DNA from: Macrostomum lignano
Lineage: Eukaryota
DNA length: 35,308 nucleotides
Assembly (NCBI GenBank): GCA_002269645.1
Contig: NIVC01000565.1
Location: forward strand, 1 to 35,308
Reading direction: 5' to 3'
Position 1 is the stretch's first letter. Each line of letters begins with the position of its first letter. Below, piece by piece: positions 21,601-33,600 of this stretch. The position numbers were made by a program, and so were the translations under genes. Below the pieces are notes generated by a model. That model saw only the letters and a list, made by a program, of their open reading frames with translations. It was not told the DNA's origin and did not search any database.

Positions 21601-24600
21601 GCGGCGCTTGTGGCTTCCGGTTCCGCAGTGGAAACAGTAGACGCAGACGCAGTGCTCGCAGTCTCGGCCTCGCTGCTGGGCGTCGCGCCACTCACGGTCG
21701 AGCTCTCAACTGTCTGTGTCGACTCCGTGCTCAATGTCGGGCCTGTCGCTTCTGGTACACTCACGCTCGGCGTCTCGACACTGGCGGCGCTTGTGGCTTC
21801 CGGTTCCGCAGTGGAAACAGTAGACGCAGACGCAGTGCTCGCAGTCTCGGCCTCGCTGCTGGGCGTCGCGCCACTCACGGTCGAGCTCTCAACTGTCTGT
21901 GTCGACTCCGTGCTCAATGTCGGGCCTGTCGCTTCTGGTACACTCACGCTCGGCGTCTCGACACTGGCGGCGCTTGTGGCTTCCGGTTCCGCAGTGGAAA
22001 CAGTAGACGCAGACGCAGTGCTCGCAGTCTCGGCCTCGCTGCTGGGCGTCGCGCCACTCACGGTCGAGCTCTCAACTGTCTGTGTCGACTCCGTGCTCAA
22101 TGTCGGGCCTGTCGCTTCTGGTACACTCACGCTCGGCGTCTCGACACTGGCGGCGCTTGTGGCTTCCGGTTCCGCAGTGGAAACAGTAGACGCAGACGCA
22201 GTGCTCGCAGTCTCGGCCTCGCTGCTGGGCGTCGCGCCACTCACGGTCGAGCTCTCAACTGTCTGTGTCGACTCCGTGCTCAATGTCGGGCCTGTCGCTT
22301 CTGGTACACTCACGCTCGGCGTCTCGACACTGGCGGCGCTTGTGGCTTCCGGTTCCGCAGTGGAAACAGTAGACGCAGACGCAGTGCTCGCAGTCTCGGC
22401 CTCGCTGCTGGGCGTCGCGCCACTCACGGTCGAGCTCTCAACTGTCTGTGTCGACTCCGTGCTCAATGTCGGGCCTGTCGCTTCTGGTACACTCACGCTC
22501 GGCGTCTCGACACTGGCGGCGCTTGTGGCTTCCGGTTCCGCAGTGGAAACAGTAGACGCAGACGCAGTGCTCGCAGTCTCGGCCTCGCTGCTGGGCGTCG
22601 CGCCACTCACGGTCGAGCTCTCAACTGTCTGTGTCGACTCCGTGCTCAATGTCGGGCCTGTCGCTTCTGGTACACTCACGCTCGGCGTCTCGACACTGGC
22701 GGCGCTTGTGGCTTCCGGTTCCGCAGTGGAAACAGTAGACGCAGACGCAGTGCTCGCAGTCTCGGCCTCGCTGCTGGGCGTCGCGCCACTCACGGTCGAG
22801 CTCTCAACTGTCTGTGTCGACTCCGTGCTCAATGTCGGGCCTGTCGCTTCTGGTACACTCACGCTCGGCGTCTCGACACTGGCGGCGCTTGTGGCTTCCG
22901 GTTCCGCAGTGGAAACAGTAGACGCAGACGCAGTGCTCGCAGTCTCGGCCTCGCTGCTGGGCGTCGCGCCACTCACGGTCGAGCTCTCAACTGTCTGTGT
23001 CGACTCCGTGCTCAATGTCGGGCCTGTCGCTTCTGGTACACTCACGCTCGGCGTCTCGACACTGGCGGCGCTTGTGGCTTCCGGTTCCGCAGTGGAAACA
23101 GTAGACGCAGACGCAGTGCTCGCAGTCTCGGCCTCGCTGCTGGGCGTCGCGCCACTCACGGTCGAGCTCTCAACTGTCTGTGTCGACTCCGTGCTCAATG
23201 TCGGGCCTGTCGCTTCTGGTACACTCACGCTCGGCGTCTCGACACTGGCGGCGCTTGTGGCTTCCGGTTCCGCAGTGGAAACAGTAGACGCAGACGCAGT
23301 GCTCGCAGTCTCGGCCTCGCTGCTGGGCGTCGCGCCACTCACGGTCGAGCTCTCAACTGTCTGTGTCGACTCCGTGCTCAATGTCGGGCCTGTCGCTTCT
23401 GGTACACTCACGCTCGGCGTCTCGACACTGGCGGCGCTTGTGGCTTCCGGTTCCGCAGTGGAAACAGTAGACGCAGACGCAGTGCTCGCAGTCTCGGCCT
23501 CGCTGCTGGGCGTCGCGCCACTCACGGTCGAGCTCTCAACTGTCTGTGTCGACTCCGTGCTCAATGTCGGGCCTGTCGCTTCTGGTACACTCACGCTCGG
23601 CGTCTCGACACTGGCGGCGCTTGTGGCTTCCGGTTCCGCAGTGGAAACAGTAGACGCAGACGCAGTGCTCGCAGTCTCGGCCTCGCTGCTGGGCGTCGCG
23701 CCACTCACGGTCGAGCTCTCAACTGTCTGTGTCGACTCCGTGCTCAATGTCGGGCCTGTCGCTTCTGGTACACTCACGCTCGGCGTCTCGACACTGGCGG
23801 CGCTTGTGGCTTCCGGTTCCGCAGTGGAAACAGTAGACGCAGACGCAGTGCTCGCAGTCTCGGCCTCGCTGCTGGGCGTCGCGCCACTCACGGTCGAGCT
23901 CTCAACTGTCTGTGTCGACTCCGTGCTCAATGTCGGGCCTGTCGCTTCTGGTACACTCACGCTCGGCGTCTCGACACTGGCGGCGCTTGTGGCTTCCGGT
24001 TCCGCAGTGGAAACAGTAGACGCAGACGCAGTGCTCGCAGTCTCGGCCTCGCTGCTGGGCGTCGCGCCACTCACGGTCGAGCTCTCAACTGTCTGTGTCG
24101 ACTCCGTGCTCAATGTCGGGCCTGTCGCTTCTGGTACACTCACGCTCGGCGTCTCGACACTGGCGGCGCTTGTGGCTTCCGGTTCCGCAGTGGAAACAGT
24201 AGACGCAGACGCAGTGCTCGCAGTCTCGGCCTCGCTGCTGGGCGTCGCGCCACTCACGGTCGAGCTCTCAACTGTCTGTGTCGACTCCGTGCTCAATGTC
24301 GGGCCTGTCGCTTCTGGTACACTCACGCTCGGCGTCTCGACACTGGCGGCGCTTGTGGCTTCCGGTTCCGCAGTGGAAACAGTAGACGCAGACGCAGTGC
24401 TCGCAGTCTCGGCCTCGCTGCTGGGCGTCGCGCCACTCACGGTCGAGCTCTCAACTGTCTGTGTCGACTCCGTGCTCAATGTCGGGCCTGTCGCTTCTGG
24501 TACACTCACGCTCGGCGTCTCGACACTGGCGGCGCTTGTGGCTTCCGGTTCCGCAGTGGAAACAGTAGACGCAGACGCAGTGCTCGCAGTCTCGGCCTCG

Positions 24601-27600
24601 CTGCTGGGCGTCGCGCCACTCACGGTCGAGCTCTCAACTGTCTGTGTCGACTCCGTGCTCAATGTCGGGCCTGTCGCTTCTGGTACACTCACGCTCGGCG
24701 TCTCGACACTGGCGGCGCTTGTGGCTTCCGGTTCCGCAGTGGAAACAGTAGACGCAGACGCAGTGCTCGCAGTCTCGGCCTCGCTGCTGGGCGTCGCGCC
24801 ACTCACGGTCGAGCTCTCAACTGTCTGTGTCGACTCCGTGCTCAATGTCGGGCCTGTCGCTTCTGGTACACTCACGCTCGGCGTCTCGACACTGGCGGCG
24901 CTTGTGGCTTCCGGTTCCGCAGTGGAAACAGTAGACGCAGACGCAGTGCTCGCAGTCTCGGCCTCGCTGCTGGGCGTCGCGCCACTCACGGTCGAGCTCT
25001 CAACTGTCTGTGTCGACTCCGTGCTCAATGTCGGGCCTGTCGCTTCTGGTACACTCACGCTCGGCGTCTCGACACTGGCGGCGCTTGTGGCTTCCGGTTC
25101 CGCAGTGGAAACAGTAGACGCAGACGCAGTGCTCGCAGTCTCGGCCTCGCTGCTGGGCGTCGCGCCACTCACGGTCGAGCTCTCAACTGTCTGTGTCGAC
25201 TCCGTGCTCAATGTCGGGCCTGTCGCTTCTGGTACACTCACGCTCGGCGTCTCGACACTGGCGGCGCTTGTGGCTTCCGGTTCCGCAGTGGAAACAGTAG
25301 ACGCAGACGCAGTGCTCGCAGTCTCGGCCTCGCTGCTGGGCGTCGCGCCACTCACGGTCGAGCTCTCAACTGTCTGTGTCGACTCCGTGCTCAATGTCGG
25401 GCCTGTCGCTTCTGGTACACTCACGCTCGGCGTCTCGACACTGGCGGCGCTTGTGGCTTCCGGTTCCGCAGTGGAAACAGTAGACGCAGACGCAGTGCTC
25501 GCAGTCTCGGCCTCGCTGCTGGGCGTCGCGCCACTCACGGTCGAGCTCTCAACTGTCTGTGTCGACTCCGTGCTCAATGTCGGGCCTGTCGCTTCTGGTA
25601 CACTCACGCTCGGCGTCTCGACACTGGCGGCGCTTGTGGCTTCCGGTTCCGCAGTGGAAACAGTAGACGCAGACGCAGTGCTCGCAGTCTCGGCCTCGCT
25701 GCTGGGCGTCGCGCCACTCACGGTCGAGCTCTCAACTGTCTGTGTCGACTCCGTGCTCAATGTCGGGCCTGTCGCTTCTGGTACACTCACGCTCGGCGTC
25801 TCGACACTGGCGGCGCTTGTGGCTTCCGGTTCCGCAGTGGAAACAGTAGACGCAGACGCAGTGCTCGCAGTCTCGGCCTCGCTGCTGGGCGTCGCGCCAC
25901 TCACGGTCGAGCTCTCAACTGTCTGTGTCGACTCCGTGCTCAATGTCGGGCCTGTCGCTTCTGGTACACTCACGCTCGGCGTCTCGACACTGGCGGCGCT
26001 TGTGGCTTCCGGTTCCGCAGTGGAAACAGTAGACGCAGACGCAGTGCTCGCAGTCTCGGCCTCGCTGCTGGGCGTCGCGCCACTCACGGTCGAGCTCTCA
26101 ACTGTCTGTGTCGACTCCGTGCTCAATGTCGGGCCTGTCGCTTCTGGTACACTCACGCTCGGCGTCTCGACACTGGCGGCGCTTGTGGCTTCCGGTTCCG
26201 CAGTGGAAACAGTAGACGCAGACGCAGTGCTCGCAGTCTCGGCCTCGCTGCTGGGCGTCGCGCCACTCACGGTCGAGCTCTCAACTGTCTGTGTCGACTC
26301 CGTGCTCAATGTCGGGCCTGTCGCTTCTGGTACACTCACGCTCGGCGTCTCGACACTGGCGGCGCTTGTGGCTTCCGGTTCCGCAGTGGAAACAGTAGAC
26401 GCAGACGCAGTGCTCGCAGTCTCGGCCTCGCTGCTGGGCGTCGCGCCACTCACGGTCGAGCTCTCAACTGTCTGTGTCGACTCCGTGCTCAATGTCGGGC
26501 CTGTCGCTTCTGGTACACTCACGCTCGGCGTCTCGACACTGGCGGCGCTTGTGGCTTCCGGTTCCGCAGTGGAAACAGTAGACGCAGACGCAGTGCTCGC
26601 AGTCTCGGCCTCGCTGCTGGGCGTCGCGCCACTCACGGTCGAGCTCTCAACTGTCTGTGTCGACTCCGTGCTCAATGTCGGGCCTGTCGCTTCTGGTACA
26701 CTCACGCTCGGCGTCTCGACACTGGCGGCGCTTGTGGCTTCCGGTTCCGCAGTGGAAACAGTAGACGCAGACGCAGTGCTCGCAGTCTCGGCCTCGCTGC
26801 TGGGCGTCGCGCCACTCACGGTCGAGCTCTCAACTGTCTGTGTCGACTCCGTGCTCAATGTCGGGCCTGTCGCTTCTGGTACACTCACGCTCGGCGTCTC
26901 GACACTGGCGGCGCTTGTGGCTTCCGGTTCCGCAGTGGAAACAGTAGACGCAGACGCAGTGCTCGCAGTCTCGGCCTCGCTGCTGGGCGTCGCGCCACTC
27001 ACGGTCGAGCTCTCAACTGTCTGTGTCGACTCCGTGCTCAATGTCGGGCCTGTCGCTTCTGGTACACTCACGCTCGGCGTCTCGACACTGGCGGCGCTTG
27101 TGGCTTCCGGTTCCGCAGTGGAAACAGTAGACGCAGACGCAGTGCTCGCAGTCTCGGCCTCGCTGCTGGGCGTCGCGCCACTCACGGTCGAGCTCTCAAC
27201 TGTCTGTGTCGACTCCGTGCTCAATGTCGGGCCTGTCGCTTCTGGTACACTCACGCTCGGCGTCTCGACACTGGCGGCGCTTGTGGCTTCCGGTTCCGCA
27301 GTGGAAACAGTAGACGCAGACGCAGTGCTCGCAGTCTCGGCCTCGCTGCTGGGCGTCGCGCCACTCACGGTCGAGCTCTCAACTGTCTGTGTCGACTCCG
27401 TGCTCAATGTCGGGCCTGTCGCTTCTGGTACACTCACGCTCGGCGTCTCGACACTGGCGGCGCTTGTGGCTTCCGGTTCCGCAGTGGAAACAGTAGACGC
27501 AGACGCAGTGCTCGCAGTCTCGGCCTCGCTGCTGGGCGTCGCGCCACTCACGGTCGAGCTCTCAACTGTCTGTGTCGACTCCGTGCTCAATGTCGGGCCT

Positions 27601-30600
27601 GTCGCTTCTGGTACACTCACGCTCGGCGTCTCGACACTGGCGGCGCTTGTGGCTTCCGGTTCCGCAGTGGAAACAGTAGACGCAGACGCAGTGCTCGCAG
27701 TCTCGGCCTCGCTGCTGGGCGTCGCGCCACTCACGGTCGAGCTCTCAACTGTCTGTGTCGACTCCGTGCTCAATGTCGGGCCTGTCGCTTCTGGTACACT
27801 CACGCTCGGCGTCTCGACACTGGCGGCGCTTGTGGCTTCCGGTTCCGCAGTGGAAACAGTAGACGCAGACGCAGTGCTCGCAGTCTCGGCCTCGCTGCTG
27901 GGCGTCGCGCCACTCACGGTCGAGCTCTCAACTGTCTGTGTCGACTCCGTGCTCAATGTCGGGCCTGTCGCTTCTGGTACACTCACGCTCGGCGTCTCGA
28001 CACTGGCGGCGCTTGTGGCTTCCGGTTCCGCAGTGGAAACAGTAGACGCAGACGCAGTGCTCGCAGTCTCGGCCTCGCTGCTGGGCGTCGCGCCACTCAC
28101 GGTCGAGCTCTCAACTGTCTGTGTCGACTCCGTGCTCAATGTCGGGCCTGTCGCTTCTGGTACACTCACGCTCGGCGTCTCGACACTGGCGGCGCTTGTG
28201 GCTTCCGGTTCCGCAGTGGAAACAGTAGACGCAGACGCAGTGCTCGCAGTCTCGGCCTCGCTGCTGGGCGTCGCGCCACTCACGGTCGAGCTCTCAACTG
28301 TCTGTGTCGACTCCGTGCTCAATGTCGGGCCTGTCGCTTCTGGTACACTCACGCTCGGCGTCTCGACACTGGCGGCGCTTGTGGCTTCCGGTTCCGCAGT
28401 GGAAACAGTAGACGCAGACGCAGTGCTCGCAGTCTCGGCCTCGCTGCTGGGCGTCGCGCCACTCACGGTCGAGCTCTCAACTGTCTGTGTCGACTCCGTG
28501 CTCAATGTCGGGCCTGTCGCTTCTGGTACACTCACGCTCGGCGTCTCGACACTGGCGGCGCTTGTGGCTTCCGGTTCCGCAGTGGAAACAGTAGACGCAG
28601 ACGCAGTGCTCGCAGTCTCGGCCTCGCTGCTGGGCGTCGCGCCACTCACGGTCGAGCTCTCAACTGTCTGTGTCGACTCCGTGCTCAATGTCGGGCCTGT
28701 CGCTTCTGGTACACTCACGCTCGGCGTCTCGACACTGGCGGCGCTTGTGGCTTCCGGTTCCGCAGTGGAAACAGTAGACGCAGACGCAGTGCTCGCAGTC
28801 TCGGCCTCGCTGCTGGGCGTCGCGCCACTCACGGTCGAGCTCTCAACTGTCTGTGTCGACTCCGTGCTCAATGTCGGGCCTGTCGCTTCTGGTACACTCA
28901 CGCTCGGCGTCTCGACACTGGCGGCGCTTGTGGCTTCCGGTTCCGCAGTGGAAACAGTAGACGCAGACGCAGTGCTCGCAGTCTCGGCCTCGCTGCTGGG
29001 CGTCGCGCCACTCACGGTCGAGCTCTCAACTGTCTGTGTCGACTCCGTGCTCAATGTCGGGCCTGTCGCTTCTGGTACACTCACGCTCGGCGTCTCGACA
29101 CTGGCGGCGCTTGTGGCTTCCGGTTCCGCAGTGGAAACAGTAGACGCAGACGCAGTGCTCGCAGTCTCGGCCTCGCTGCTGGGCGTCGCGCCACTCACGG
29201 TCGAGCTCTCAACTGTCTGTGTCGACTCCGTGCTCAATGTCGGGCCTGTCGCTTCTGGTACACTCACGCTCGGCGTCTCGACACTGGCGGCGCTTGTGGC
29301 TTCCGGTTCCGCAGTGGAAACAGTAGACGCAGACGCAGTGCTCGCAGTCTCGGCCTCGCTGCTGGGCGTCGCGCCACTCACGGTCGAGCTCTCAACTGTC
29401 TGTGTCGACTCCGTGCTCAATGTCGGGCCTGTCGCTTCTGGTACACTCACGCTCGGCGTCTCGACACTGGCGGCGCTTGTGGCTTCCGGTTCCGCAGTGG
29501 AAACAGTAGACGCAGACGCAGTGCTCGCAGTCTCGGCCTCGCTGCTGGGCGTCGCGCCACTCACGGTCGAGCTCTCAACTGTCTGTGTCGACTCCGTGCT
29601 CAATGTCGGGCCTGTCGCTTCTGGTACACTCACGCTCGGCGTCTCGACACTGGCGGCGCTTGTGGCTTCCGGTTCCGCAGTGGAAACAGTAGACGCAGAC
29701 GCAGTGCTCGCAGTCTCGGCCTCGCTGCTGGGCGTCGCGCCACTCACGGTCGAGCTCTCAACTGTCTGTGTCGACTCCGTGCTCAATGTCGGGCCTGTCG
29801 CTTCTGGTACACTCACGCTCGGCGTCTCGACACTGGCGGCGCTTGTGGCTTCCGGTTCCGCAGTGGAAACAGTAGACGCAGACGCAGTGCTCGCAGTCTC
29901 GGCCTCGCTGCTGGGCGTCGCGCCACTCACGGTCGAGCTCTCAACTGTCTGTGTCGACTCCGTGCTCAATGTCGGGCCTGTCGCTTCTGGTACACTCACG
30001 CTCGGCGTCTCGACACTGGCGGCGCTTGTGGCTTCCGGTTCCGCAGTGGAAACAGTAGACGCAGACGCAGTGCTCGCAGTCTCGGCCTCGCTGCTGGGCG
30101 TCGCGCCACTCACGGTCGAGCTCTCAACTGTCTGTGTCGACTCCGTGCTCAATGTCGGGCCTGTCGCTTCTGGTACACTCACGCTCGGCGTCTCGACACT
30201 GGCGGCGCTTGTGGCTTCCGGTTCCGCAGTGGAAACAGTAGACGCAGACGCAGTGCTCGCAGTCTCGGCCTCGCTGCTGGGCGTCGCGCCACTCACGGTC
30301 GAGCTCTCAACTGTCTGTGTCGACTCCGTGCTCAATGTCGGGCCTGTCGCTTCTGGTACACTCACGCTCGGCGTCTCGACACTGGCGGCGCTTGTGGCTT
30401 CCGGTTCCGCAGTGGAAACAGTAGACGCAGACGCAGTGCTCGCAGTCTCGGCCTCGCTGCTGGGCGTCGCGCCACTCACGGTCGAGCTCTCAACTGTCTG
30501 TGTCGACTCCGTGCTCAATGTCGGGCCTGTCGCTTCTGGTACACTCACGCTCGGCGTCTCGACACTGGCGGCGCTTGTGGCTTCCGGTTCCGCAGTGGAA

Positions 30601-33600
30601 ACAGTAGACGCAGACGCAGTGCTCGCAGTCTCGGCCTCGCTGCTGGGCGTCGCGCCACTCACGGTCGAGCTCTCAACTGTCTGTGTCGACTCCGTGCTCA
30701 ATGTCGGGCCTGTCGCTTCTGGTACACTCACGCTCGGCGTCTCGACACTGGCGGCGCTTGTGGCTTCCGGTTCCGCAGTGGAAACAGTAGACGCAGACGC
30801 AGTGCTCGCAGTCTCGGCCTCGCTGCTGGGCGTCGCGCCACTCACGGTCGAGCTCTCAACTGTCTGTGTCGACTCCGTGCTCAATGTCGGGCCTGTCGCT
30901 TCTGGTACACTCACGCTCGGCGTCTCGACACTGGCGGCGCTTGTGGCTTCCGGTTCCGCAGTGGAAACAGTAGACGCAGACGCAGTGCTCGCAGTCTCGG
31001 CCTCGCTGCTGGGCGTCGCGCCACTCACGGTCGAGCTCTCAACTGTCTGTGTCGACTCCGTGCTCAATGTCGGGCCTGTCGCTTCTGGTACACTCACGCT
31101 CGGCGTCTCGACACTGGCGGCGCTTGTGGCTTCCGGTTCCGCAGTGGAAACAGTAGACGCAGACGCAGTGCTCGCAGTCTCGGCCTCGCTGCTGGGCGTC
31201 GCGCCACTCACGGTCGAGCTCTCAACTGTCTGTGTCGACTCCGTGCTCAATGTCGGGCCTGTCGCTTCTGGTACACTCACGCTCGGCGTCTCGACACTGG
31301 CGGCGCTTGTGGCTTCCGGTTCCGCAGTGGAAACAGTAGACGCAGACGCAGTGCTCGCAGTCTCGGCCTCGCTGCTGGGCGTCGCGCCACTCACGGTCGA
31401 GCTCTCAACTGTCTGTGTCGACTCCGTGCTCAATGTCGGGCCTGTCGCTTCTGGTACACTCACGCTCGGCGTCTCGACACTGGCGGCGCTTGTGGCTTCC
31501 GGTTCCGCAGTGGAAACAGTAGACGCAGACGCAGTGCTCGCAGTCTCGGCCTCGCTGCTGGGCGTCGCGCCACTCACGGTCGAGCTCTCAACTGTCTGTG
31601 TCGACTCCGTGCTCAATGTCGGGCCTGTCGCTTCTGGTACACTCACGCTCGGCGTCTCGACACTGGCGGCGCTTGTGGCTTCCGGTTCCGCAGTGGAAAC
31701 AGTAGACGCAGACGCAGTGCTCGCAGTCTCGGCCTCGCTGCTGGGCGTCGCGCCACTCACGGTCGAGCTCTCAACTGTCTGTGTCGACTCCGTGCTCAAT
31801 GTCGGGCCTGTCGCTTCTGGTACACTCACGCTCGGCGTCTCGACACTGGCGGCGCTTGTGGCTTCCGGTTCCGCAGTGGAAACAGTAGACGCAGACGCAG
31901 TGCTCGCAGTCTCGGCCTCGCTGCTGGGCGTCGCGCCACTCACGGTCGAGCTCTCAACTGTCTGTGTCGACTCCGTGCTCAATGTCGGGCTGTCGCTTCT
32001 GGTACACTCACGCTCGGCGTCTCGACACTGGCGGCGCTTGTGGCTTCCGGTTCCGCAGTGGAAACAGTAGACGCAGACGCAGTGCTCGCAGTCTCGGCCT
32101 CGCTGCTGGGCGTCGCGCCACTCACGGTCGAGCTCTCAACTGTCTGTGTCGACTCCGTGCTCAATGTCGGGCCTGTCGCTTCTGGTACACTCACGCTCGG
32201 CGTCTCGACACTGGCGGCGCTTGTGGCTTCCGGTTCCGCAGTGGAAACAGTAGACGCAGACGCAGTGCTCGCAGTCTCGGCCTCGCTGCTGGGCGTCGCG
32301 CCACTCACGGTCGAGCTCTCAACTGTCTGTGTCGACTCCGTGCTCAATGTCGGGCCTGTCGCTTCTGGTACACTCACGCTCGGCGTCTCGACACTGGCGG
32401 CGCTTGTGGCTTCCGGTTCCGCAGTGGAAACAGTAGACGCAGACGCAGTGCTCGCAGTCTCGGCCTCGCTGCTGGGCGTCGCGCCACTCACGGTCGAGCT
32501 CTCAACTGTCTGTGTCGACTCCGTGCTCAATGTCGGGCCTGTCGCTTCTGGTACACTCACGCTCGGCGTCTCGACACTGGCGGCGCTTGTGGCTTCCGGT
32601 TCCGCAGTGGAAACAGTAGACGCAGACGCAGTGCTCGCAGTCTCGGCCTCGCTGCTGGGCGTCGCGCCACTCACGGTCGAGCTCTCAACTGTCTGTGTCG
32701 ACTCCGTGCTCAATGTCGGGCCTGTCGCTTCTGGTACACTCACGCTCGGCGTCTCGACACTGGCGGCGCTTGTGGCTTCCGGTTCCGCAGTGGAAACAGT
32801 AGACGCAGACGCAGTGCTCGCAGTCTCGGCCTCGCTGCTGGGCGTCGCGCCACTCACGGTCGAGCTCTCAACTGTCTGTGTCGACTCCGTGCTCAATGTC
32901 GGGCCTGTCGCTTCTGGTACACTCACGCTCGGCGTCTCGACACTGGCGGCGCTTGTGGCTTCCGGTTCCGCAGTGGAAACAGTAGACGCAGACGCAGTGC
33001 TCGCAGTCTCGGCCTCGCTGCTGGGCGTCGCGCCACTCACGGTCGAGCTCTCAACTGTCTGTGTCGACTCCGTGCTCAATGTCGGGCCTGTCGCTTCTGG
33101 TACACTCACGCTCGGCGTCTCGACACTGGCGGCGCTTGTGGCTTCCGGTTCCGCAGTGGAAACAGTAGACGCAGACGCAGTGCTCGCAGTCTCGGCCTCG
33201 CTGCTGGGCGTCGCGCCACTCACGGTCGAGCTCTCAACTGTCTGTGTCGACTCCGTGCTCAATGTCGGGCCTGTCGCTTCTGGTACACTCACGCTCGGCG
33301 TCTCGACACTGGCGGCGCTTGTGGCTTCCGGTTCCGCAGTGGAAACAGTAGACGCAGACGCAGTGCTCGCAGTCTCGGCCTCGCTGCTGGGCGTCGCGCC
33401 ACTCACGGTCGAGCTCTCAACTGTCTGTGTCGACTCCGTGCTCAATGTCGGGCCTGTCGCTTCTGGTACACTCACGCTCGGCGTCTCGACACTGGCGGCG
33501 CTTGTGGCTTCCGGTTCCGCAGTGGAAACAGTAGACGCAGACGCAGTGCTCGCAGTCTCGGCCTCGCTGCTGGGCGTCGCGCCACTCACGGTCGAGCTCT

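Noticed and set aside
9715-32070. 7451-aa plus-strand V/L/A/S-rich ORF (and its continuation 33973-35292)
   Set aside because: Codon-register antisense mirror of the S/T/E mucin frame. Any stop-free frame in a 183-bp (multiple of 3) unit becomes huge. The domain exons and splice signals are all on the minus strand.
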